Below, piece by piece: positions 29,080-39,705 of a DNA stretch of 64,000 nucleotides. The position numbers were made by a program, and so were the translations under genes. A model generated the notes under the pieces. That model saw nothing but the letters and a program-made list of their open reading frames with translations, had not been told where the DNA came from and ran no database searches. Within the stretch, counting starts at the first letter, position 1, and each line of letters begins with the position of its first letter. Source of the DNA: Alphaproteobacteria bacterium (GTDB taxonomy: Bacteria; Pseudomonadota; Alphaproteobacteria; JAJFIK01); NCBI GenBank assembly GCA_028280665.1, contig JANQLJ010000133.1:9901-73900 (forward strand), written 5' to 3'.

Positions 29080-31785
29080 TTAGCCCGCGTTGCGGCGCTC
29101 GTTATCGGGTTCGTCCGGCGCCGCCTCGGGATTGGCGGAGCCTTCCTCGGCGGAAAGACCCTTCAGCTCGTCGGTGAGACCGCGAAGCGCATCGTGAATG
29201 GCCGAGAGCTCGTTTTCAGGAGGCGGGGTTTGCGACACACGCTGGCTTGCGCCTGTTGCCGGGGTCCTGACACTCTGCCCAAAGAAGCTTTTGCGCGGGG
29301 GCACCTTACCGCCGCGGGCGATCTGACCGGAAAGCCCGTCGATCCGCGTTTTCAGGTCGGCGGACGTATCTCGCATGATGCCCGAAAGCCGGTCCTGATG
29401 ACGCACAAGGGTTTCCATCATCTCATCGAGCTGCAGCCGGACGCCGCTCACGTCGGTGGTCTTAAGGCGCCGGGCAATTCCCCTGAGCCCATCGCGCAAG
29501 GCAAGGGCCATGGCTTCTTGCGCATCACCCATGGAGCCTTGAAGTGCCTCGACGCGGGCGATTTGCTCGGCAAGTGCCGGCGAGGGGCCAGCGTCCCGCG
29601 CGGCAACGGCTTTTGCAAGCGCGCGAAGTTCCACCGCCATTTGCCGCCCCGTTTCATCGAGCCGGTCGATGCGCGGGTCCAAGAGCGCCGTAACGTCCGT
29701 AGGCGGAATGATCTCCGCCTCGCCGCCCACAGGCACTTGCGGCACTTCAGCAAGGCGGGTTTGCAGGTTTTCTAGCGCGTCGGTGAGCTCTCCCGCCGCC
29801 TCGTTCTGCGCCGTGATCTTCGTGTTCAGGCGGTCGGAAAGGTCGAGCAAGCCGGTTGCGATCACGTGCTCGAAGGATCCGTTCTGGCTGTCGATCTTCT
29901 GGCCAAGTTGATAGACCGCGTTGGAAAGCGAACGTTGCGATGTTAGCGCCTGATCCTCGACGGCGCGGGTCAAGTGCGTCACCGCCTGGCCCATTTCATC
30001 GCGCAAGGCGCCAAGCACGGGCGAAAGATCAAGCGGCAATTCAATAGACTGGTTGATCGACGCCAGTTGCGCATCGAGGCTCTTGAGTGTGTATGCCAGG
30101 GTTTCTACCTGATCGCTGACGGCGCGGCGTTCGTGCTCGAACGTCATGTGCATGTCAGAGAGGTTTGTGGTGACGCCGCGGATCACATTGGCCTCGCCGA
30201 TAAAGGCGGCTTGCGCCTCGCCAAGGGCCGATTGGATGGCCGCGAGTTGCTGGTTAAGATGTTCGGCAACGCTTCCGCCCGAAGCTTTGAAGTCTTCGAT
30301 TTGCGCCTTGAGGTCCGCAAGTTCCCCGGTCATGCGTTCGAGCTTGCCGGGAAGGCCCTCGCTCTCCTCGCCCAGCGCGTTCGCGAGGCTATCCACCCGC
30401 GCCGCGGTTTCGCCAAGCTGCGCGATCATGTTTGTCGCCTCGTCGCGCAACTCGCCGCGTTCGGATTGCCAATGGGCGCGGTCGGCCTGGGCTTCGGACA
30501 TCACCGCAAGGCGCGTGTTGCGCGCGGCTTCCGCTTCCTTCGCCATGAGAACCGTTGCCGCTTGCGCCGTTTTGCCTGTGAGGTTGAGCTCCTTGACCGC
30601 CTTGTCGAGGGCGCCCATGGCGCCTTCCATGGGCGGGCCCGCCCGGTCGGCGAGTTGGCGCAGGCGGCCCAGCGCCTGATCGAGCGTGCCGATCTGGCCA
30701 TCGAGCGCAGAGAGGTGCGCGGTAAGTTCCTCCCGCGCCTGGGCGGTGGAGGTGTTGATGGCGTGCTGCTCGTTGCGCCAGGTCTCGGTAAAGTCGCTAA
30801 GTTCTTGCGTAGCGTGAGTGACGCGCGCGCCGGCGGTCGCGGTTGATTCCGCAAGCCGTTCTGAGGTGGCGCTCAAGCGATCAAGCTCGCCGCGCATGGC
30901 CTCGGCCAACTCGGTCATATCACCGCGCCAGCTTCCTTCTGTTTCAGCAAGGCTGTGGCGCGTGCCTTCAAGATCGCCCGCCACGCGCCGGACTTCGTCA
31001 CCCGCCGCCGCAAGGGCTTCAAGACGCCCGGCTGTTCCCGCCACCGCTTCATCGAGGGCGGTTTCGATGCGCGCCATGGCCTCGCGGCTTTCCCCGGCAA
31101 GCCCGTCGCGCGAATCGGAAAGGGCGCGCGCCGAGCCGCGCAAATCTTCCGTGGCCTCGGTGATATGGGCGAGCGCCGCATCCACCGCTTCGGCGCCGGA
31201 GCCTTCAAGACGCAGGCGCAAGGCGCCGTCGACGCCGACGGTCAAAAGCCGGCCCGCCTGAAGCTGGGTGCGGCGCAGGTCTTCGGCCACCCGCGCCACC
31301 ATGCCGATCTCGTCGTTCCGCTCGGTCCCGGGCAGGCTCCAGTCTTCTTCGTCGGCGAGCAGGTTTTCGAGGTTTTCGGAAAGTTTCCGCAAAGGGCGCC
31401 GCACATTGAGATGCAACAAAAGCGCGGTCAGTCCCAGAATAAAGACCGCCGCCCCGAGGGCGAGGCTGGTAATCCAGCGCTGAAGGGTCAAAACGCCGAT
31501 GGCGCTTTCGATCTGCTGCGCCTGGTCTTCGGCGGAAAGCGTTTGTTCCACCGCTACCGCGTCCGACAGCCGATCGCGGGCATCGAGCCCCATGGTGTTG
31601 GTCACCGCCGCCGCCACGACCAGCAAGACAAACAAGAAGACGGCGCCTATGACCAGAAACCGTCCGGTCAGGGTGAAAGACGTCAGTTTCGTTTTGAGCA
31701 TAGCGATGGCCCCAGTACGAGAAACGGCAATCCCCGTTCCCCCCTTGGCCATATTCGCCAAAGATGGCCTGCAGAAATGGCTCAC
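29080..31785 (-). CDS. membrane-anchored HAMP-domain protein with ~750-aa coiled-coil tail (no recognisable output domain)
   Basis: Two TM segments (FLVIGAVFLFVLLVVAAAV; ITSLALGAAVFILGLTALLLHL). HAMP-like RPLRKLSENLENLLADEEDWSLPGTERNDEIGMVARVAEDL. Remainder is heptad-rich A/E/L/R repeats. Track start 31785 is GTG; ATG alternatives at 31752 and 31701. Confidence 0.5.
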   Translation of the reverse strand: MSHFCRPSLANMAKGGTGIAVSRTGAIAMLKTKLTSFTLTGRFLVIGAVFLFVLLVVAAAVTNTMGLDARDRLSDAVAVEQTLSAEDQAQQIESAIGVLTLQRWITSLALGAAVFILGLTALLLHLNVRRPLRKLSENLENLLADEEDWSLPGTERNDEIGMVARVAEDLRRTQLQAGRLLTVGVDGALRLRLEGSGAEAVDAALAHITEATEDLRGSARALSDSRDGLAGESREAMARIETALDEAVAGTAGRLEALAAAGDEVRRVAGDLEGTRHSLAETEGSWRGDMTELAEAMRGELDRLSATSERLAESTATAGARVTHATQELSDFTETWRNEQHAINTSTAQAREELTAHLSALDGQIGTLDQALGRLRQLADRAGPPMEGAMGALDKAVKELNLTGKTAQAATVLMAKEAEAARNTRLAVMSEAQADRAHWQSERGELRDEATNMIAQLGETAARVDSLANALGEESEGLPGKLERMTGELADLKAQIEDFKASGGSVAEHLNQQLAAIQSALGEAQAAFIGEANVIRGVTTNLSDMHMTFEHERRAVSDQVETLAYTLKSLDAQLASINQSIELPLDLSPVLGALRDEMGQAVTHLTRAVEDQALTSQRSLSNAVYQLGQKIDSQNGSFEHVIATGLLDLSDRLNTKITAQNEAAGELTDALENLQTRLAEVPQVPVGGEAEIIPPTDVTALLDPRIDRLDETGRQMAVELRALAKAVAARDAGPSPALAEQIARVEALQGSMGDAQEAMALALRDGLRGIARRLKTTDVSGVRLQLDEMMETLVRHQDRLSGIMRDTSADLKTRIDGLSGQIARGGKVPPRKSFFGQSVRTPATGASQRVSQTPPPENELSAIHDALRGLTDELKGLSAEEGSANPEAAPDEPDNERRNAG

Positions 31786-32018
31786 AGAAACAGGGCGTTT
31801 TGCGTGGCCCTACGGTCCGCGCTTCTGGTTAAGGACTTGTTAATGATCGTAAAGGGGTAAGGAAAACCGGGGTGAAGGGCGGCCGCAGGTTAAATTTACC
31901 AAAAAAGTTGCACGGTTAACTTAGGCCCGTCTTAGCAACTAACAGGCAAAATGCAGAAGACCTGAGAGGTGTGTCTTGGTGAGTGCCACAACTGTTGCGC
32001 ATAGAGGCGCAGATCAAG

Positions 32019-32429
32019 ATGGTGAAGACAGCAAAACGTAAAGCCGGAAATGAGAGTGGCGCCGCGGCCGTCGAGTTTGCAATGGTGGTCCCGCTACTGC
32101 TTACATTGGTGCTGGGCACCATGGAAGCCGGGATGCTTTTTCAACTCAAAAACTCCATGACGTTTCACACGCGCGCCATCACGCGCGAAGTGGCCCTGGG
32201 GTCGCTTGACGGGAGTAATGCTCCGGCGGAATTGACCTCGCGGCTCGCGGGCTACGCTCAGCTCAATTACAACGTTTCGGTCACCGTGCCGGACCCCAAT
32301 GATCCGAACGACACCGATGTGGTTGTAACGGTCTCGGTCGCACAAACCGACCTTGAAGCCTACGCTATCACTGGCGTGCTTGTGATGGGAGACTATTCGA
32401 CCACGGCAACGATGCGTTCGCTGGAGTAA
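32019..32429 (+). CDS. TadE/TadF-like pseudopilin
   Basis: N-terminal AAAVEFAMVVPLLLTLVLGTMEAG, the TadE-like N-domain. Confidence 0.6.
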   Translation: MVKTAKRKAGNESGAAAVEFAMVVPLLLTLVLGTMEAGMLFQLKNSMTFHTRAITREVALGSLDGSNAPAELTSRLAGYAQLNYNVSVTVPDPNDPNDTDVVVTVSVAQTDLEAYAITGVLVMGDYSTTATMRSLE

Positions 32430-32433
32430 GATC

Positions 32434-33744
32434 ATGACACCGACAAAACCCACTTGTCCGTTCTGGCGTGCGTTTGCTAAGAACGAGGGCGGCTCGGCCA
32501 TACCCCTTGTCGCGTTGACAATCGTGGTCGCCACCGCCATGGCGGCATTCGCGGTTGATTTGAGCTACGTTTACCGGACCCAATCACAGCTTCTGACCGT
32601 TGCCGAAGCCGCCGCGCTTGCCGCCGCAAGCAAGCTACCGGATGAAACTGACGCCCTTGATCTTGCTCTCGAATACGCCGGGCTGAATCTTGAAAGCGCA
32701 CGGTTCACCGGTGCGGTTGAGGCGGCGGATGTGCGGTTCGGCAGTTGGGATCAAAGCACCGCGACCTTTACCGAAGACAGCTCGGGCGAGGCGGTCGAGG
32801 TGACCGCATCGCTCACCGGGCAAAAGGGCAATGCGATTCCGTCATTTTTGGGCGTAGTTCTTGGCCGCGACCAATTCGATGTCTCGACGACCGCCATCGC
32901 CACAACCTCGCCGGGATCGCCCGCCTGCATAACGGCGCTCGATCCCAATGGCTCAAAAGCGCTGTGGCTCGACTCAAATGCCGAGATACAAGTAAACGGC
33001 TGTGAGATCGTCGTGAACTCAAACCACGGACGGGCGCTCTATGCCGAGAGCAACAGCGCGATTCTTGATGCCGAACGCGTGTGCGTTGTCGGCGGCACCT
33101 TTACCAGCGAAAACAGCACGATAAATCCTGCGCCTGAAAATGGCTGCCCTCCTGTAGTCGATCCCTTCGCCCATCTCACGGAACCGCTTTATGGCGGCTG
33201 TGACTACAATAACCTGACCTTCGAGGAGGAAAACACAACGCTGTCCCCGGGTGTTTACTGCGGCGGCCTCAGGATCAGGAGCAATTCGAACGTTACCTTC
33301 AATCCGGGCATCTACATCATCAAAAATGGCAAGCTCGTCATCGAGCAAAACTCGACCGCTTCCGGCGTTGGCGTCGGCTTCTTTCTGACGGGCGGGAGCG
33401 GCCGTCTGGAATTCACCAGCAACGCCATAGTTGACTTCACCGCCCCCTCATCCGGGCCCCTAGAAGGCGTGGTATTTTTTCAAGACAGAAACTATGGCGG
33501 GACACACAAGATAGAAAGTAATAACGTAAGCGACCTGCTCGGCGCCATCTACCTTCCTGAAGGCAACCTTGAACTCAACAGCAACGGTGCAATTTCCCCA
33601 ATGGGAGGGTGTACACGGATCATTGCCCACCGGATCTTGTTTGAACAAAACAGTACGTTGAATCTCGACGCCGACTTTTCACAGTGCCCGGGTGGTGGCT
33701 CCAGCAGTTCCGGCGGCGGCAGCATGGTCCGCTTGCGCAGATAA
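32434..33744 (+). CDS. TadG-like large pseudopilin with N/S/T/G-rich C-terminal (beta-helix-like) domain; putative tip adhesin
   Basis: N-terminal AIPLVALTIVVATAMAAFAVDLSYVYRTQSQL is a TadG N-domain. C-terminal 250 aa has repeated NS/NST motifs, then GGGSSSSGGGS. Confidence 0.6.
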   Translation: MTPTKPTCPFWRAFAKNEGGSAIPLVALTIVVATAMAAFAVDLSYVYRTQSQLLTVAEAAALAAASKLPDETDALDLALEYAGLNLESARFTGAVEAADVRFGSWDQSTATFTEDSSGEAVEVTASLTGQKGNAIPSFLGVVLGRDQFDVSTTAIATTSPGSPACITALDPNGSKALWLDSNAEIQVNGCEIVVNSNHGRALYAESNSAILDAERVCVVGGTFTSENSTINPAPENGCPPVVDPFAHLTEPLYGGCDYNNLTFEEENTTLSPGVYCGGLRIRSNSNVTFNPGIYIIKNGKLVIEQNSTASGVGVGFFLTGGSGRLEFTSNAIVDFTAPSSGPLEGVVFFQDRNYGGTHKIESNNVSDLLGAIYLPEGNLELNSNGAISPMGGCTRIIAHRILFEQNSTLNLDADFSQCPGGGSSSSGGGSMVRLRR

Positions 33745-33919
33745 AGCCCCGAGGATGCGCCAGCCGCTGGCCATCATACAGCCGTAGATTCTACTCACCG
33801 GTCAGTATACTGACCGCTTGTCACAGCAAGCGTCCTTGCGGACAGCACGGCGCTTGATGAGCCGGATGGGTAGCACTTTTCTGCAAGGCACCTGAAAGAA
33901 TAGCGGTGATGGCTGCGCG

Positions 33920-34438
33920 TCAGCTGATGCGTTCAACCATCGGCACGCGGCGGGGCCGCGCGAAGAAGCGGTCGGTCAATTCCACTTCATCGGTGAGAAA
34001 ATACCCAACCAGGGTCGAGTGAACATAGCGCACGTCCACGACCACGACGCTGGCGTTCGTGGTCAAGATCCCTTCGGGCAAATCCCCAACGGTGAAGCTA
34101 CCCGCGCCGCCGTTGAAGGTGTCGGTCCAATCGATTTCCGTGGTGCCGCCATTGTCGATCACGCTGACCACCGTCACCGAGAAATCGTCCGAGGGAAACG
34201 GCTGCAGCAACGCGGTCGCCACCGCATAGATGTCTTCCATTTCGCTGTCGGTCAGTTCGACATCCTGCGCGACCAGGTCGGCCACCGCGCTGGTGACGGT
34301 CGTCACTTTCCGGTCGATAATCAGAATGTTGGAAACTTCAACGCTCGCAAAGAAGAGCACGATCATAATCGGCGCGATGAGCGCGAACTCCACCGCCGCG
34401 ATGCCGCCTTGCGCTTTTTTAAATCGTTTGAAAAACAT
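33920..34438 (-). CDS. TadE/TadF-like pseudopilin
   Basis: GGIAAVEFALIAPIMIVLFFASVEVSN N-domain. Track start 34459 is TTG; first ATG (MFFKRFKK) at 34438. Confidence 0.6.
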   Translation of the reverse strand: MFFKRFKKAQGGIAAVEFALIAPIMIVLFFASVEVSNILIIDRKVTTVTSAVADLVAQDVELTDSEMEDIYAVATALLQPFPSDDFSVTVVSVIDNGGTTEIDWTDTFNGGAGSFTVGDLPEGILTTNASVVVVDVRYVHSTLVGYFLTDEVELTDRFFARPRRVPMVERIS

Positions 34439-34455
34439 GGCTGATCCCGCCTCTG

Positions 34456-35013
34456 TCAATTGCCGAGGGCACTGCCGAACGGCTCGTTCCGGAAAGCCGT
34501 GCTGGCCGAAAGAAGCCGTTGCGTCCCACCATTCATGTTCGCCATCACAAATCCCACGCCCGGCGTAAACACGTTCCAGCTATAGAATGTGCGAACCAGG
34601 ACAATATCGCCGCCGCCGCCGGCGTCGAAAGCCGGGTCGATGGTAAACTCACCGTCTTCGTTGATGGGATTTGCGAACGCAACCGAGCCGAACTCGTCGA
34701 ACGTTTGCACTTCGACCGTCAATGAATCGCAATCGAGCATCATGTCGATGCGGTCGCAAAGCTCGTCCTTGAACTGGGCACCGGTCATCGCGGCTTGCTG
34801 TGCCTGGCCCGTGCGAATAAGGCGCGAAGTCTCAAGCAAACCGTTTTCAAGTGTAACAGAGGCAAAGAAAATCATTGTCGATTCAACAACCGCAAAGATC
34901 AGTGCAAAGAACGGTCCCACAATCATCGCGAACTCAATCGCGGTTGATCCGGACGTGTTTTTGCGGAACCGGTCAAACAATCTCTTCAAAGAAAGGCGCA
35001 ACATAACGCTCAA
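34456..35013 (-). CDS. TadE/TadF-like pseudopilin
   Basis: GSTAIEFAMIVGPFFALIFAVVESTM N-domain; 4-nt overlap with the downstream pseudopilin gene. Confidence 0.6.
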   Translation of the reverse strand: MSVMLRLSLKRLFDRFRKNTSGSTAIEFAMIVGPFFALIFAVVESTMIFFASVTLENGLLETSRLIRTGQAQQAAMTGAQFKDELCDRIDMMLDCDSLTVEVQTFDEFGSVAFANPINEDGEFTIDPAFDAGGGGDIVLVRTFYSWNVFTPGVGFVMANMNGGTQRLLSASTAFRNEPFGSALGN

Positions 35014-35125
35014 CCCTTTTTGCGGTCTTTACCGCAGCAGATTGCACCTGGCGGCGTAAAGACTTCGCAAAGAGACTTGGTAAACTTGTTAACTAGTCCC
35101 GGCGTTTTGAGAATTTAGTTCAAAT

Positions 35126-36856
<1,731 letters not shown>

Positions 36857-36946
36857 GCGACAGGCGTCAGTAAGCAAAAAGCCAAGCTCAAGGACCGCAT
36901 TCTAAAGAAGCTGGCCACAAAGACAGACTAAGGAAACACGGCAAAT

Positions 36947-36977
36947 GAAAAGGGCTCCCCGCGGGGAGCCCTTTTTG
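36947..36977. terminator. bidirectional rho-independent terminator
   Basis: aaaa-GGGCTCCCC-gc-GGGGAGCCC-ttttt between convergent genes (vWA tadG end 36856; minus-strand gene end 37026). Confidence 0.6.
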
Positions 36978-37025
36978 TTGATCAGCTTATAGGTCTTGTG
37001 AGCCTTGGCTTTGTCGCTCGCCTTC

Positions 37026-37511
37026 TTACCGTTGGCCTTCGTCGCCGATGCTCATGCCCCGCTCGGTCAGGTCCTGCCAAGCGCCCGACTGGCCGGCAAA
37101 GTTATCGGCGGCGGTCGTTTCATCCCCCGGATGCAGCGCACGAACGCAGCGCGGGTTGCACACATAATTGACCGATCCGGCCCGGACGTTCTGGTTGGGG
37201 CTGCCCATGTGAACCGCCAAGCCGCCCCGCCATTGATCGGTGACGCTGACCGATACGGTCAAAAGCTCTTGGCCGTCCTCGTCGAGAACGGTCACGTCCG
37301 TATTGCCAAAAAGGCGCCCATGAACGACCAAAGTGTGACCATTGACCATAGTGACGTCCGCCACCATGGGATTGCCGACGATAATCGCATCGGGCTCGCC
37401 CTCAACGATCACGACGCTTGATTCATTCATCGGCACGTTCATCTGCGCCGCATAGGCCGGCAAGGCCAGTACGGACATAAGCGCCGTAAATCCCAGAAAT
37501 TTCAGCTTCAT
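37026..37511 (-). CDS. secreted pilus-formation N-terminal-domain (BON/secretin-N-like) protein
   Basis: Signal peptide MKLKFLGFTALMSVLALPAYAAQ. Body resembles the N-terminal domain of CpaC/RcpA secretins (pilus formation protein N-terminal region). Confidence 0.55.
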   Translation of the reverse strand: MKLKFLGFTALMSVLALPAYAAQMNVPMNESSVVIVEGEPDAIIVGNPMVADVTMVNGHTLVVHGRLFGNTDVTVLDEDGQELLTVSVSVTDQWRGGLAVHMGSPNQNVRAGSVNYVCNPRCVRALHPGDETTAADNFAGQSGAWQDLTERGMSIGDEGQR

Positions 37512-37896
37512 AGTCTTCTCCCCCGAAGCGCGGGTTTCATACGCGCGCCATCATGGCAGCAAGATGTAAATGTCCTCTCAACGAAACCCCTGGGGATTGA
37601 GAAATGATGACCGCGGCGAAAATAAACTTGGTCCGGGGCGCCCAAGGGACTCACAGAAAGCCTACAAACCTGCGCTTGTCGGGCCATTTCCATAAAATTT
37701 GATTTAAGTTTTATTTGAGGTTTAATTAAAATCTATACCTAATTTACATACCTCACTTCTTGGAAATACCTGACCTACTCCCTCTTTTAACCTGATCGTA
37801 AGACCTCTCCTCCATGATGGCCTCATTCGCGACGGGATGCGTCTCGTGACCCCGGCGCGGGTAGGTGCTGATGAGTAAAGAATGGGAGTACTGACC
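37512..37896. promoter_or_regulatory. divergent promoter region of the flp pilin operon; strongly AT-rich core (~37680-37800)
   Basis: ccataaaatttgatttaagttttatttgaggtttaattaaaatctatacctaatttacatacc is about 75 % AT in a ~63 % GC genome. TTAA half-sites present. GGGAG Shine-Dalgarno 9 nt before the flp ATG. Confidence 0.45.
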
Positions 37897-38058
37897 ATGA
37901 CCTTCGTTTCTCGCTTTGTGAAAGACGAATCTGGTGCCACGGCGATTGAGTATGGTCTCATCGCCGCGGGCATCGCAGTGGCCATCATCGGTGTGCTGAC
38001 GACCCTCGGAACGAACCTTACGGCTACGTTCCAGTCAGTCGCCGACGAGATGTCCTAA
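37897..38058 (+). CDS. flp: Flp-family type IVc prepilin
   Basis: 53 codons, hand-translated: MTFVSRFVKDESGATAIEYGLIAAGIAVAIIGVLTTLGTNLTATFQSVADEMS. Flp motif ...G/ATAIEYGLIAA with hydrophobic core. Not in the ORF track (under 60 aa). Followed by cpaA. Confidence 0.8.
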   Translation: MTFVSRFVKDESGATAIEYGLIAAGIAVAIIGVLTTLGTNLTATFQSVADEMS

Positions 38059-38211
38059 TAAGCCGACTTACTCGCGGCGCCGTTCCCCGGTCCCGGGCGC
38101 TTATGTCCGGGGCCGGGGCAACGGCCCCGAGGTCGGGTACTAACCACCCGGAAACATATTTGTGTTGAGGTCCCGCCTAGCGATCTTGGGAACATTTCGG
38201 GGGGATGACCG

Positions 38212-38715
38212 ATGGCTGAAATTGCCGTCTTTTGGATACTGCCAGCAGCGTTTCTCGTTGCAGCCTTTACGGACATCACCCGGTTTACTATTCCAAACTG
38301 GCTGACCAGCGTGATCGCGCTTTTCTTTTTGCCCGTTGCTCTTTGGGCGGGTATCGAACCCATCGTAATAATCGTCCATCTAGGCGTCGGCATCTTTGCC
38401 CTTGGCATGGGCATGATGTTTTTCGCCTTTGGATGGCTTGGCGGCGGCGATGCCAAGCTGGTGGCCGCGGCGGCCCTTTGGGCCGGCCCGACGGCCGTAT
38501 GGATCTTCGTGCTGGCAGCAGCGCTGTTCGGCGGCGCGCTCACCATGGCGCTGATCTTCTTCCGCAAGCTGCCTTTGCCTGAGTTTTTCGCGGCGCAGCC
38601 CTGGATCGCACGACTTCACGATCATGAAGCAGGCATTCCTTATGGCGTCGCGCTTTCCGCCGGGGCGCTCTACGCCCTTCCTTTCATGACCCTGAGCCAG
38701 GCGCTCGCCACATGA
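38212..38715 (+). CDS. cpaA: prepilin peptidase CpaA/TadV (A24 family)
   Basis: Polytopic membrane protein with the two catalytic Asp contexts FTDITRFTIPN and GGGDAKL. Confidence 0.8.
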   Translation: MAEIAVFWILPAAFLVAAFTDITRFTIPNWLTSVIALFFLPVALWAGIEPIVIIVHLGVGIFALGMGMMFFAFGWLGGGDAKLVAAAALWAGPTAVWIFVLAAALFGGALTMALIFFRKLPLPEFFAAQPWIARLHDHEAGIPYGVALSAGALYALPFMTLSQALAT

Positions 38716-38883
38716 GCTAAGGGTCCGACGCATACGGATTAACAAAATGGTAACGAATTGCGCGCCCCCGTCCGGAAAAACCCGGGCGGGGGTCGCTCGC
38801 GTTAAGACTAATTTGATTCACTTTGTGCATGCTCATCCCAAGGGCAACCAGGGAATGGCGGCAAACAGGGGGAGACCTACCCG

Positions 38884-39705
38884 ATGAACGCAATACGCAT
38901 ATCCATTTTGGGACTCGCGCTGGTCGCTGCCGGCGTCGCAGCCTATCTGGTGCGGGGTCTCGTGCTCGAGAACGAGCAGCAGACCGTTGACGCCGGCCCC
39001 GTTATCGAGACCACCGGTGTTCTGGTCGCCAGCGGGGTCATCATGCCGGGCGATACGGTAAACGCCGGCGCTCTGCGCTGGCAGGACTGGCCGGTTGATG
39101 CGGTGGCCCCGGGCCAGGTTACGCAAACCGCGCAGCCCAACGCCCGCTCGGACCTTCAAGGCAGCATCGCACGCCGCAGGTTCGGCGGCGGTGAGCCCAT
39201 CCTTCCCGACGCGCTGGTTAAGCCAGGCGAAGCGGGCCTGATGGCCGCGCTGGTCTCGCCGGGCATGCGAGCCATGGCGGTATCGGTTTCGGACGAGAAC
39301 TCGGCGGGCGGCTTTATCCTGCCCGGCGACCGCGTTGATGTGGTGGTCACCCGCGAGGTCGGCATCGACCGCAGCAGCCGCTCCTACGTCAGCGAGACGG
39401 TGCTTTACAACGTGCGTGTCCTGGCGATTGACCAGATCTTTTCCGAAGACGTCTCCGGCGGCGCGCTGGTGGGCGACACCATCACGCTGGAGTTGACGCC
39501 CGGCCAGGCCGAAACGCTGGCGCTCGCGCAAGCGGTCGGTGACGTTTCACTCGCGCTGCGCAGCTTTGCCGATGCAAACGCGGCGGAGACGCAAAACCAG
39601 CTTGCGGATGTCGTGGCGTCTGCCGACGAGCAGCGCTCGAACCAAATCACGGTTGTACGCAATGGACAGGAGACCCGCGTTCGGGTCGAAGGGGGCGGAC
39701 GATGA
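38884..39705 (+). CDS. cpaB: Flp pilus assembly protein CpaB/RcpC (SAF domain)
   Basis: N-terminal TM MNAIRISILGLALVAAGVAAYLV followed by a SAF-like domain. Operon position between cpaA and the secretin. Confidence 0.8.
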   Translation: MNAIRISILGLALVAAGVAAYLVRGLVLENEQQTVDAGPVIETTGVLVASGVIMPGDTVNAGALRWQDWPVDAVAPGQVTQTAQPNARSDLQGSIARRRFGGGEPILPDALVKPGEAGLMAALVSPGMRAMAVSVSDENSAGGFILPGDRVDVVVTREVGIDRSSRSYVSETVLYNVRVLAIDQIFSEDVSGGALVGDTITLELTPGQAETLALAQAVGDVSLALRSFADANAAETQNQLADVVASADEQRSNQITVVRNGQETRVRVEGGGR

